This document shows positions 10,115 to 19,152 of a stretch of 64,000 nt of DNA, piece after piece. The first letter of the stretch is position 1. Each line of letters opens with the position of its first letter. The notes below the pieces were generated by a model. It was not told where the DNA came from, ran no database searches, and saw only the letters and a list, made by a program, of their open reading frames with translations. The DNA comes from Pseudomonadota bacterium (GTDB lineage: Bacteria; Pseudomonadota; Alphaproteobacteria; Rhizobiales; Hyphomicrobiaceae). The DNA lies in the NCBI GenBank assembly GCA_018242255.1, contig JAFECH010000345.1:45799-109798 (forward strand). Reading direction: 5' to 3'. Both the position numbers and the translations under genes were made by a program.

Positions 10115-10963
10115 TTAGAAATGCAGAGTCGAGCCGATAACCGGTCCCTGTTGGAGAACGTCGTATTTGTAGAGCGTATCGCCCGAACCTTGCGAGTAGT
10201 CCACCGACAGCGCTCTATAACCGACGTAACCGTCAAGAACGTAGCCGTTCAAGAGACACATCTGCCAATTGTAGGTCGCCAATACCTGCCAGGAAAAATC
10301 GCTACCGACGCCGAAGCCGCCGAAGTCCGCGCGCAAGACCATCTCGTCGCCATTTGCGAGCTTGTTGCGCAGTCGAGCGCCGACGAAGGGATCGACCCAA
10401 TCGACAGAGCCTGATCTTTCTGTTTCCCTCACAAATGGATCGAGTACGAGCGATCCGGTTATCGTGCTGTCCTGGTGCCAATATCTGCCGCCCGCTACCA
10501 AATCGAGAGCGGACGATGCCGGCACGAGGGGGTTTGCACCAGTCCAGACTTCATATGCACCGCCGAATTCGACCGTGACCTGAGTATAGTCGGCGGACAC
10601 ATCCGCACGCAGAGGGCCGCCGCGACGTCCGCTGAAACCGGTCGAGCCGCTGAGGCTGGCATAGACGACGTCGTTAAAAAGGCCGATTGGACCGCGCCGG
10701 GCTTCCGCGTAGCTCATCCAGGCGGGTAGCGTCGACCAATCCAGATGCCCGAAAATGTCGGACGGGTTGGCGGCGACGGTGAAATCGCGTCCGCGGACAG
10801 TCGTGTTCCCGGACATCCACGGGATCCAACCATACGTCGTGAACGTCAGCGACCACTCCGACGGGTTCTGTTGCTTCGGCGCCGATCCAAAGTCCGCGCC
10901 GAACGCTGCGCCAGTGTTAAATATCAATGCAATCAATAGAGTGACGCTAGGACAAAATTTCAT
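10115..10963 (-). CDS. Putative outer-membrane beta-barrel protein
   Basis: Signal peptide from MKFCPSVTLLIALIF, alternating amphipathic strands (WVDPFVGARL, ADFGGFGVGSDFSWQ, GYRAL) and C-terminal Phe (TLHF). Confidence 0.7.
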   Translation of the reverse strand: MKFCPSVTLLIALIFNTGAAFGADFGSAPKQQNPSEWSLTFTTYGWIPWMSGNTTVRGRDFTVAANPSDIFGHLDWSTLPAWMSYAEARRGPIGLFNDVVYASLSGSTGFSGRRGGPLRADVSADYTQVTVEFGGAYEVWTGANPLVPASSALDLVAGGRYWHQDSTITGSLVLDPFVRETERSGSVDWVDPFVGARLRNKLANGDEMVLRADFGGFGVGSDFSWQVLATYNWQMCLLNGYVLDGYVGYRALSVDYSQGSGDTLYKYDVLQQGPVIGSTLHF

Positions 10964-11139
10964 AGCGAGCCCCAAAACGAAATAAACGAAAAATATCAGC
11001 CTAGTGAAAGTATCATCGATCGCGGACGAAGACTGTGATGCGTTTGCCGCAACGTGATTGCATACGCGGCTCCCGTACAACGAAACGCCGATAAAAAGCC
11101 AACGCCGTAACCAATGAAGCAATGGTTTCAGACTGTCGT

Positions 11140-12261
11140 TCAATTCGTCTTCGCGATCCGAGGCTGATTTCGGTCAGACTTCGGATCGATGGATGAAACC
11201 GCCGCGCGCATGATTATCGCCAGCTTCGCATAGTCCGGCATGATGGCGTAGTCCGCGCATCTGGCCATATTCTCTTCGAAGTCGTCCCACTGCATCGCGT
11301 CGAGCTGATGCCTCGTGAAACGCTCAAATACCGACGCTCTTTGCATTTGAACTACCGGATTGCACGCATCTGCTGCGAGGGATGCAGCATAGGCGCCCTC
11401 GTCGCTTGCGATATAGGTTAGAAACGCCTCCTGGCGCTCACGTCGTTCTTCGCCCCGATGAATAAGCGCATTGATCTCGACGAATGCGACGCCGCCCTTG
11501 CCGTTGATCGGTCCGTTTGCCGGTGTCACGGCCCGAATTTCAGAATGGCCGGCGAGCCGTGCTGGTGACGCGGTATAAGTTCCCCCCGAAATGTAGAAGT
11601 CGATGACGCCCTCGACCAATGCCCGGTTGAGCGCGTTGTGGTCGTCGGAAATGAGTTTCGCGGCCTGGAAAATGTCGCGGGCCGCACAAGAGAAAGAAAT
11701 GAAATCGCCGTCGGTGAAGGTCTGAAACGGGTTGAGGCCAGCCGCGATCGCAATATGCATAATATTGAAATCCTCGTAGGTGAGAATTCCAAAGCGCCCG
11801 TGGAAATCGCGATAAAGCGTCAGGCGAAATCCCTGCTCAGTCGCGAGAGCCCGGGAAAGGCGATTTTCATTGATGACGAGATTGAACGGCCCGCATCGTT
11901 GCGGCACGCCGATCAGGTTGCCGTCGGTTCCCGTCGCCGGTTCTTCGAAACGTGCAAACGGTTCTGAGAGATTTCGGACGTACGGATCGAATGCAGCCGG
12001 GAGAGCGCGGATCAATCCTCGCGGATAGAGTTCGGCGCGGACAAACGGCGTGTTGATATTTATGATGTCCCACGAGTTCGGGTTCTGCTGAACCAAACGG
12101 CTCGCAGCGTCGTCGGAGAGATGATTATCGCCCGCAATATCTAAGCTCGTGTCGCGCCGAAGGGCGGCTGCGAAATCGCCGTCGGCGTACCCCTCCCAAC
12201 CGAGATAGCGCAACGTCGTCATCCCAGAAATCCCATCGCCGGTGGCTATTGTCCAATTCAC
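11140..12261 (-). CDS. PotD/PotF-like solute-binding-fold protein lacking an obvious signal peptide
   Basis: LRYLGWEGYA start of fold, WDIININTPFV, GVPQRCGPFNLVIN resemble polyamine-binding SBPs. The GTG start overlaps the creatininase stop (GTGA). Confidence 0.65.
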   Translation of the reverse strand: MNWTIATGDGISGMTTLRYLGWEGYADGDFAAALRRDTSLDIAGDNHLSDDAASRLVQQNPNSWDIININTPFVRAELYPRGLIRALPAAFDPYVRNLSEPFARFEEPATGTDGNLIGVPQRCGPFNLVINENRLSRALATEQGFRLTLYRDFHGRFGILTYEDFNIMHIAIAAGLNPFQTFTDGDFISFSCAARDIFQAAKLISDDHNALNRALVEGVIDFYISGGTYTASPARLAGHSEIRAVTPANGPINGKGGVAFVEINALIHRGEERRERQEAFLTYIASDEGAYAASLAADACNPVVQMQRASVFERFTRHQLDAMQWDDFEENMARCADYAIMPDYAKLAIIMRAAVSSIDPKSDRNQPRIAKTN

Positions 12262-13010
12262 TCGAAATAAGAGTGCGCGAGTGGCGGTTTCTCAGTCTTG
12301 CCACGCTCTACGACGGCAGAGAGATCCTCGACCATCCAGGCAAACAGTTCGCGCCCCTGCTCAACAGTGGCGAGACTGGGACTGCCCGTGACGCCGTTGA
12401 GACTTGTCCTGTTCACGGGGTGTGCGAACACGAGACCGTCCGTGCGATCTGCGTCATCGGATGTTGGTACGAGTTCGTCGCGGACGATGTTGGATGCTTC
12501 GGCCAACATGAGCGCTGTTTCAGCGGCGTTCGCGTGCCAATCTTCCGCATCGGCAAAGTGCGCAGTTCGGACGCGCGCGCTGATGGCTGCAGTGTTGATG
12601 ACCGCGATCATCATATCGTCATGCTCTGCGCGAAGCATTTCGAGTGCGCAGCGGAGTGGAGCCGCGTTCGTGACGTGGCTATTGACGATAAATAGCCGAC
12701 GAACGCCGCTATGATACGCCCAATCGCCGATTTCCTTGATGATCGTGATCAAGGTTATCGGCTGAAGAGCGATCGTACCGGGCCACCTACGGCTGTGACC
12801 GAGTGAACAGCCGTAGGGAAGCGTCGGAAGCATTGGAACGCGTGTCCGCTCAGCAACTTTTCGGCAGAGCTTCTCCGCAAGGATGAAATCCATGCCGGTG
12901 CCGAGGTGCGGTCCGTGCTGCTCAGTCGCGCCAACCGGAAGAATGGCCGCATAATTGGCTTCCGCCAAATCCAGCGGCAATTCGCACCATGTCCTTTCTG
13001 CCCAATCCAT
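12258..13010 (-). CDS. Creatininase / creatinine amidohydrolase family protein
   Basis: ILPVGATEQHGPHLGTGMD, LPYGCSLGH, NSHVTN, DWHANAAET, NGVTGSPSLATVEQG. Confidence 0.9.
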   Translation of the reverse strand: MDWAERTWCELPLDLAEANYAAILPVGATEQHGPHLGTGMDFILAEKLCRKVAERTRVPMLPTLPYGCSLGHSRRWPGTIALQPITLITIIKEIGDWAYHSGVRRLFIVNSHVTNAAPLRCALEMLRAEHDDMMIAVINTAAISARVRTAHFADAEDWHANAAETALMLAEASNIVRDELVPTSDDADRTDGLVFAHPVNRTSLNGVTGSPSLATVEQGRELFAWMVEDLSAVVERGKTEKPPLAHSYFE

Positions 13011-13020
13011 TGCGCGTCGA

Positions 13021-14382
13021 TCAATAGAACTTGAGGTAGCGAGCGTGTTCCCAATCCGAAACGTGGTTGATGTAGCTCAACCACTCGTCACGCTTGAAAT
13101 CGACCCAAGCTTTCTTCATCGCCGGGCCGAAGGTCGCCTCGCTCAACGGGTCGGCGTCAAATGCATCGACGGCTTCTTCGAGCGTCCGCGGCAGGTGAAA
13201 AACGCCCATCTCTTTGAGTTCGGCTTCGCTCTTCAGGTACATGTTTTCAGTGTGCGGATCGCCGGGATCGAGCCCCTCGGCAATACCTTCGAGACCAGCC
13301 GCAAGAACGAGGGCGGCGCCGAGATATGGATTGCAAGAGCTGTCTGCAGCGCGCAACTCCACGCGACCGCCACCGAGCGGGATGCGAAGTGTGTTCGTAC
13401 GATTGTTGTTGCCGTAGCACGCCCAAACCGGTGCCCAGGTGAAGCCGGACATCGATCCCTTCAAGACGAGGCGCTTATAGCTATTCACCGTCGGCGCGAC
13501 GACGGCGCAAATGGCCGGCAGATGTTTCATGATGCCGGCGAGGAACTGGTATCCGAGCTTCGACAGGCCGCACCCTCGCGGATCGGATGCGTCCGCAAAC
13601 AGATTCTTGCCGGACTTCTTATCCGACAGCGACATATTGAAATGCGCGCCGCTGCCGGCGCGATCGCCGTATGGCTTCGGCATGAACGTCGCGAAGCCGC
13701 CGTGTTTGCGGGCAATTTCGTGGGCCATCATACGGAAGAATACATATTTATCGGCCATGGAAAGAGCATCGAAATAGCGAAAATCGATTTCGAACTGACC
13801 GATGCCGTCTTCGTGGTCGAAGCTGTAGACGTCCCAGCCGAGGCTATTCATCGCGCCGACGAGATCACTGATCCAACCGAGGTTGTCGAGCGTTCGCGCA
13901 ACGTCGTAGGCTGGCTTCTCAAGGTTCTTGCGATCGGAGAGCGGCTTGAAGCCAAGAACCGGATCGTCTTGAAGCACGAAGAATTCAGCCTCCATACCGA
14001 GGTTGAGGCCGTAGCCGAGGGCGTCGGCCTTCGCCAGCGAGCGCTTGAGAATATTGCGGCTGCAGGCTTCGAAGGGTTTTCCCTGGCACCACAGATCGCT
14101 GGCGAACCACGCCACGTCTTTATTCCACGGCAGAATTGCACAAGACGCTGCATCGGGATGCGCGGCGACCTCCTCGTCGCTGACATCCTGCGGGATGCCG
14201 TCGAGCGCCGCTCCGGTGCACAGTTCGGAACCGGCCATCATGCGGTCCATATGCGCAATCGGAACGACCTTTCCTTTGGAGACGCCGTGCATATCGACGT
14301 AGCTCGCGAGCAAAACCTTCACGCCTTCCGCGGCGAGCTTACTTTCGAGCTCTGTCGGCCCTTTGTTTACGATGGCGTCCAT
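13021..14382 (-). CDS. glnT: Glutamine-synthetase-like ligase, GlnT (type III glutamate-ammonia ligase / GmaS-related) family
   Basis: YVDMHGVSKGKVVP, GMEAEFFV, DHEDGIGQFEIDF, FMPKP...GSGAHFNMSL, GNNNRT, RVELRAADSSCNPY. Start set at MDAIVNK (14382). Confidence 0.85.
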   Translation of the reverse strand: MDAIVNKGPTELESKLAAEGVKVLLASYVDMHGVSKGKVVPIAHMDRMMAGSELCTGAALDGIPQDVSDEEVAAHPDAASCAILPWNKDVAWFASDLWCQGKPFEACSRNILKRSLAKADALGYGLNLGMEAEFFVLQDDPVLGFKPLSDRKNLEKPAYDVARTLDNLGWISDLVGAMNSLGWDVYSFDHEDGIGQFEIDFRYFDALSMADKYVFFRMMAHEIARKHGGFATFMPKPYGDRAGSGAHFNMSLSDKKSGKNLFADASDPRGCGLSKLGYQFLAGIMKHLPAICAVVAPTVNSYKRLVLKGSMSGFTWAPVWACYGNNNRTNTLRIPLGGGRVELRAADSSCNPYLGAALVLAAGLEGIAEGLDPGDPHTENMYLKSEAELKEMGVFHLPRTLEEAVDAFDADPLSEATFGPAMKKAWVDFKRDEWLSYINHVSDWEHARYLKFY

Positions 14383-14472
14383 TGGTAGGGTTACTCCGTT
14401 ATCTTTCTTGGTTTTCGTGGGTGAGGGTGGCGGCAGGCTAAACACCCCAGCCGCCGATCTGCGATCCGAAAG

Positions 14473-15486
14473 TTATTTCGCCGCGACCAGAGCGGACACG
14501 AACTTAGCGTCGAACGTGTCCTCGATCTTAGGCTCCGCTTTGATCTGTCCGCGCTTGACAAGGACATCTGCGATCAGCTTTCCGGACGTGAAGAGAGACT
14601 TCGCGTCGTCGTGCGGAGTGAAATATCCCGCCATTTCCGAAACCGGAATATTGTAGGCGCCCTTGGCTTGTTCTTTGACGTCGTCGACGGTCGTCGAAAA
14701 GTATTTCGCGACGATCGCGTAGGCTTCGTCTGGATGCTCCTTCATAAAGGTCATTCCGTCGATGTAGCCTTTGATGATCGAGTCGATCGTCTTCGGATTC
14801 TTGCTGATGTAGTCTTTTGAGAAATAAAGGACGTCAGTAATTAATCCCGGTGCAGATGCCGATGTGTAGATCGTGTGATAGCCGCCGTTGACGTCGAGCT
14901 TCAGGATTTTGCTGATATTGGGTTCGTAAGTCGCGCCCGCAGCGGCGCCTCCGACGAGCGCGCCTGCAACGTTTTCAGGCGTGGTATCGAGACCTTCGAT
15001 ATCAGCTTCGGTCAGGCCCGATTTCTGCAGGCCGTACGCGACGAGCAGGTTGTCGCAAGTCGCGAAGGGATAGGCGACCTTTTTGCCCTTGAGATCGGCC
15101 ATGGACTTTATCGATTTCAACGCGACGACGGCATCGGCGCCGTTGGAGTAGTCGATCGGCATGACGACGTTGAAGGCATTGCCATTCGCGACGAGATTAA
15201 TCACCTGATCGTACGTGTACATTGCGCCCTGGATGCCGCCGCTCTGCAGTGCCGCTGGAATAAGGGCGGGGTCCTCAAAGTCCTTCAGCGCAACCTTGAC
15301 GCCATATTTCTCGAACATGTTCTTTTCGACGGCGATATAGAACGGCGCGTATCCGATCCATGCGACGGTCGCGAGAGATACCTGTTCTTCAGCGTGAGCG
15401 GTCGTTGGCTGGAACGAACTGACGCCGACCAACGCAATCGAGCAGGCCAGTCCGGCATTTCGGAGTGCGGTCCAAAGTTGTCGCAT
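14473..15486 (-). CDS. ABC transporter substrate-binding protein, NitT/TauT (SsuA/THI5-like) family
   Basis: Signal peptide ending AHA; WIGYAPFYIAVEK, DYSNGADAVVA, DLKGKKVA, TYEP, ITDVL. Confidence 0.9.
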   Translation of the reverse strand: MRQLWTALRNAGLACSIALVGVSSFQPTTAHAEEQVSLATVAWIGYAPFYIAVEKNMFEKYGVKVALKDFEDPALIPAALQSGGIQGAMYTYDQVINLVANGNAFNVVMPIDYSNGADAVVALKSIKSMADLKGKKVAYPFATCDNLLVAYGLQKSGLTEADIEGLDTTPENVAGALVGGAAAGATYEPNISKILKLDVNGGYHTIYTSASAPGLITDVLYFSKDYISKNPKTIDSIIKGYIDGMTFMKEHPDEAYAIVAKYFSTTVDDVKEQAKGAYNIPVSEMAGYFTPHDDAKSLFTSGKLIADVLVKRGQIKAEPKIEDTFDAKFVSALVAAK

Positions 15487-15519
15487 ACAAAGTTACTCCT
15501 TGCTGATATTGGCCGGGCA

Positions 15520-16350
15520 CTATGCTTCGGCACCGATGGTTCCCTGTTCCGACCTGTCGAGAGACAGGCCAACCGTCGCGCGGATGCGCTCCATGACTTC
15601 GCGTTTGAGGGCAACGAACGCCGGATCGACTCGCATCATGACGGTGCGTTCCGCCGGCAGCGGAACCTCGTAGATTGTGTCGATGCGACCGGGATGAGGC
15701 GACATCAGAACGACACGCGAGCCGAGATAGAGCGCTTCCTCGACATCGTGTGTGACGAACACGATTGTCGTTCCTTCCTGAGCTACGACGCCCAGAACGA
15801 GATCTTGCATCACTTCTCGCGTCTGCGCGTCGAGCGCGCCGAACGGCTCATCCATCAAGATGATGGACGGCTTCGACATCAGAGCGCGGGCAATGGCTAC
15901 GCGTTGGCGCATGCCGCCGGAAAGTTGCGAAGGATAGGCGTCCTGCGCAGCAGTCAACCCGACGAGGGAAATGAGCTTTACGGCGCGAGCCTCTTCTGCA
16001 CCGCGTTCCAGCGCGAGATTGTCAGAGCTGTTGGCAGCAAGCCGCCGGCTGAACAGCACGTTCTGTTTGACGGTCAGCCAGGGAAAGAGGCTGTAGTCCT
16101 GAAAGACCATGGCGCGATCGACGCCCGGACCATTGATCGGCTGTCCGCCTACGAGAACAGCGCCGTGGTCGGCGATTTCAAGGCCGGCTACAATCCTGAG
16201 AAGCGTGGATTTTCCGCAGCCCGACGCCCCGACGATGGTCAAGAACTCGCCCGACGCGATCGACAGCGATATGTCGTCGAGCACAAGCGTGCTGCCGCGT
16301 TTGCCGGAAAAGCTCTTGACGAGATTTTTGATCTCGATGGCTTTCGTCAT
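15520..16350 (-). CDS. ABC transporter ATP-binding protein (NitT/TauT type)
   Basis: Walker A GASGCGKST, LSGGMRQRVAIARAL, Walker B LMDEPFGALD, VTHD. Confidence 0.95.
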   Translation of the reverse strand: MTKAIEIKNLVKSFSGKRGSTLVLDDISLSIASGEFLTIVGASGCGKSTLLRIVAGLEIADHGAVLVGGQPINGPGVDRAMVFQDYSLFPWLTVKQNVLFSRRLAANSSDNLALERGAEEARAVKLISLVGLTAAQDAYPSQLSGGMRQRVAIARALMSKPSIILMDEPFGALDAQTREVMQDLVLGVVAQEGTTIVFVTHDVEEALYLGSRVVLMSPHPGRIDTIYEVPLPAERTVMMRVDPAFVALKREVMERIRATVGLSLDRSEQGTIGAEA

Positions 16351-16353
16351 CGG

Positions 16354-17223
16354 CTACTGCCTCCTCAGATAGGGGAAGAGGACATGGTGCAGGGCGCGCA
16401 GCAGCTGGTCCTGGATGAGGCCGAGACAGCCGATGACGATGAGCCCGGCAAAAATCTTGTCGGTTTGCAGAAAGCGCTGCGCCTTGAGCACGGCGTATCC
16501 GAGCCCGGAATTCGCGGCGACGATTTCAGCGACCACGAGATACGTCCACGCCCAGCCAAGCGTAATCCGGCACGTCGTAAGGAGCGCCGGGGCGGCGGAG
16601 GGGAATATCACCTTGTAGAGAATCTCGCGTCGTGTTCCGCCCATGGTTTGAGCCGCTTCGATTTGTTGCAACGGCACGCGGCGGACGTCGTCCGCGAACA
16701 TCAGAACCATTTGAAAGAACGTTCCGATGAAAATGACGGCAACCTTCGACAATTCGCCGACGCCGCACCAGATCATCATCAGCGGAACGAACGCGACGGC
16801 GGGCATATATCGGATGAAGTCCATCGCCGGTTCGACAAGGGCTTCGGCGGGCTTGAACGTACCCGCGAGCAGGCCGAGCGGCAGTGCGATGACAAGCGAC
16901 GCGAGAAACCCGAGGCTTACGCGCGTGACGCTGATCGAGAGATCTCCCACGAATCCCTCATTTGCAACCCAGGACCAAAAGCGCCGGATGACATCGAGAG
17001 GGCCGGGCATGAATATTTTGGGGACGAGGGCGGCCTCGTTTAGAAAGGCCCAGACCAAGATTGGCGTCGCGACGCCGATCACCGCATAGATTGCATACTG
17101 ACGCCGGCTCAACCCGCCGCGAATGATCCACTGCCGGCGCTTTGAAGTGGGCGTGGATGGCGCAGTCGACGCGGATTTGACCGGCACATCTGCAGTCGAA
17201 GCGCTCATTACAATAGTCCGCAT
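16354..17223 (-). CDS. ABC transporter permease (NitT/TauT type)
   Basis: Multiple TM helices; EAA loop EAAQTMGG, LGWAWTYLVVAE, SGLGY. Confidence 0.93.
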   Translation of the reverse strand: MRTIVMSASTADVPVKSASTAPSTPTSKRRQWIIRGGLSRRQYAIYAVIGVATPILVWAFLNEAALVPKIFMPGPLDVIRRFWSWVANEGFVGDLSISVTRVSLGFLASLVIALPLGLLAGTFKPAEALVEPAMDFIRYMPAVAFVPLMMIWCGVGELSKVAVIFIGTFFQMVLMFADDVRRVPLQQIEAAQTMGGTRREILYKVIFPSAAPALLTTCRITLGWAWTYLVVAEIVAANSGLGYAVLKAQRFLQTDKIFAGLIVIGCLGLIQDQLLRALHHVLFPYLRRQ

Positions 17224-17294
17224 ATCGAAACGCTCACCATGTCGGCGGGGTGCATCAAAGGCATCGTGGCTTCGAAGGTCGCTTGCATGACAAC

Positions 17295-17316
17295 TAATTA
17301 AATGATCAATTAATTA
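17295..17316. promoter_or_regulatory. Candidate TetR operator between the ABC operon and divergent tetR
   Basis: TAATTAAATGATCAATTAATTA is a 22-bp palindrome with one mismatched pair. A second inverted repeat, ATGCTGC-N9-GCAGCAT, lies at about 17330-17352. Confidence 0.6.
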
Positions 17317-17431
17317 TTGACGCAAGGAAATGCTGCGCGAAAAATGCAGCATTTTTGAACAATCTTGCCACCAGGCCGCGCATTTCTCAGGCAGTCGACT
17401 GGCGTCAGGCGTTTTGGTTTTGCTATGAGGA

Positions 17432-18154
17432 ATGATGAGAGGAAGGATTCGGGGAGAAATGAGTTTGGGAAATCAAGACCGCTCGCCGCCAACCGTGCGC
17501 TCGCCACGGCGGGGAGCCCCGAAGGCCGGAGCTCGACGAACCACGCGCGTCGGACGGCCGAAGTTCGACGTCGCCGCGTTGGATGCGGAAACCCACATTC
17601 GCGAAGTATCCTTGGATCTGTTTGCGGCGCGTGGATTTTCAGCCGTGACAACCAAGGACATCGCAGATGCTACCGGCTTTAATCCGGCGCTGATCTATTA
17701 TTACTTCGGAAGCAAGGAGGAATTGTTCCGCGCGGCCGTCGCTCAGGCAGTCGAGGGAGCGTTCCACCAATTTCGTATCGCCCGCGAAGGACTGAAGCAT
17801 CCACGCGACATCATCTACGGATGGCTCGACAACCACATCAAAGAGTATGAGACGATTGCAAAGTTGATCAAGATCTCGATCGACTACGCGAAAATATCAA
17901 AACGCAATTCACGCATCGATGATGCGATACGGCGCTTTTACGAAGACGAGCGCGATGTGCTTCGTGCCGCTCTTGCCGACGGCATCAAGCGCGGAGACTT
18001 TCGTAAAGTCGATGTCGACGAGACCGCGAGCTTTATTTCGACATATCTGGACGGGGTGTTTGCTCGCGCGATGATCCTCAAAGACTTCAAACCCATCCAA
18101 TCTATCGGAGAGCTTCGTTCGTTTTTGAGCGCCTATTTGGATTGCAAGAAATAG
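17432..18154 (+). CDS. TetR/AcrR family transcriptional regulator
   Basis: HTH LFAARGFSAVTTKDIADATGFNPALIYYYFGSKEELF; divergent from the ABC/glnT operon. Confidence 0.92.
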   Translation: MMRGRIRGEMSLGNQDRSPPTVRSPRRGAPKAGARRTTRVGRPKFDVAALDAETHIREVSLDLFAARGFSAVTTKDIADATGFNPALIYYYFGSKEELFRAAVAQAVEGAFHQFRIAREGLKHPRDIIYGWLDNHIKEYETIAKLIKISIDYAKISKRNSRIDDAIRRFYEDERDVLRAALADGIKRGDFRKVDVDETASFISTYLDGVFARAMILKDFKPIQSIGELRSFLSAYLDCKK

Positions 18155-18264
18155 CGGAGCGCTCAAAAGCTTGGCATCCTCGCAACACTAGCCGATGCGG
18201 GCGCCACGGCGCCCGCTCGTTGGCGGCATTTGATCTTCCTAAAAAGCTGTGGCAATCTACTGCG

Positions 18265-18654
18265 GTGCAAAAGAGACCGCTCCAGCTTTGGTTTGCTATC
18301 CTCGGCATGGTCGCCATGCTTGGGGCCCTGGTGGCTATGCCCCTTGCTTCGACAAACGCCTTCGCAATGTCGAGTAAATCCCCCGCTTCGACAATGAATA
18401 TGGCGCACGGTGTGACCAAAGCCGCGGCAGACGAGATGCCGTGCCATAAGCCGGCTAAGCACTGCCCAAATTGTCCGGACAAAGCCTGTTCCGAAATGGG
18501 GAGCTGCCTCGTCAAATGCTTCCAATCTTTGTCGTCGCCGGCTCAATCTGCACTTCTTGACCGGAATGTTGCCGGCGAACGCGTCGTGCCGACATTGTCG
18601 CTAGCCATCATTGGCTCTCTGATCCCGCCTCTACTCAGACCTCCGAGCGTCTAA
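18265..18654 (+). CDS. Small Cys/His/Met-rich membrane-anchored protein (CopL/DUF2946-like) upstream of the copper efflux genes
   Basis: Hydrophobic N-terminus from GTG 18265, MNMAHG, MPCHKPAKHCPNCPDKAC...CLVKC, C-terminal PPLLRPP. Start codon uncertain. Confidence 0.6.
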   Translation: MQKRPLQLWFAILGMVAMLGALVAMPLASTNAFAMSSKSPASTMNMAHGVTKAAADEMPCHKPAKHCPNCPDKACSEMGSCLVKCFQSLSSPAQSALLDRNVAGERVVPTLSLAIIGSLIPPLLRPPSV

Positions 18655-18756
18655 GCCTACGCCAACGGCGTAACTGCGGTTGCGGCGCAAGCCGCGACCC
18701 TTGTGTGCGCGCGCACAGTCGCGTGCACGGCCTCAGGACAATTCGGAGATATTCAA

Positions 18757-19152
18757 ATGCAACGTTCGTCTTTGCGCGCGGCTGCGCTCTGCGTCGCGCT
18801 TCTCATGGGCATGGTCGGTTCCGCCCTTGCCGACACTAAGGACTACGAATTTCAACTCATCGACAAAGAAGTGAAGCAGGGCGCTGCCGTCATTTCGGTC
18901 AAGCTCGTGCACAAGCCATCTGGTCGAGCAGTCGCTGATGCTGTGATCTTTGCCAAGCGCATCGATATGGGGCCCGACGGCATGGAGGCGATGACCGCGC
19001 CGGTCGAAGCGGTCTCGTCGACCGAACCTGGTGTCTACAGTTTCAAGACCGACCTCGGCATGGCGGGCCGATGGGCTCTCTCGCTCGGCGCGAAGGTGCA
19101 GGGCGAGACGGGCACAGTCGAAAGCAAGCTTATCGTCAAGGCCGTCCAATGA
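18757..19152 (+). CDS. Periplasmic FixH/YtkA-like Ig-fold protein
   Basis: Signal peptide; RIDMGPDGMEAM, EPGVYSF, MAGRWALSLGAKVQGE. The stop overlaps the cusB start. Confidence 0.7.
   Translation: MQRSSLRAAALCVALLMGMVGSALADTKDYEFQLIDKEVKQGAAVISVKLVHKPSGRAVADAVIFAKRIDMGPDGMEAMTAPVEAVSSTEPGVYSFKTDLGMAGRWALSLGAKVQGETGTVESKLIVKAVQ

Noticed and set aside
13021-14382. Calling the ligase GmaS of the N-methylglutamate pathway
   Set aside because: The N-terminus (YVDMHGVSKGKVVP...SELCTGAALDG) differs from the GmaS pattern I recall, and mgsABC genes are absent; left as GlnT family.
12955-14388. 477-aa antisense ORF over glnT, and similar long shadows (4529-5866, 49976-51229, 2897-4033)
   Set aside because: These are codon-bias shadows of real genes on the opposite strand, with no independent evidence of coding.
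14875-17043. 722-aa plus-strand ORF spanning the ABC operon
   Set aside because: It is exactly antisense to three well-supported genes, has no recognisable motifs and has the typical composition of a shadow ORF in high-GC DNA.
17224-17430. Riboswitch, sigma54 promoter or NtrC site upstream of the ABC operon
   Set aside because: No guanidine or other riboswitch consensus recognised, no clean GG-N10-GC on the minus strand, and the TGC...GCA spacing does not fit the 17-bp NtrC site.
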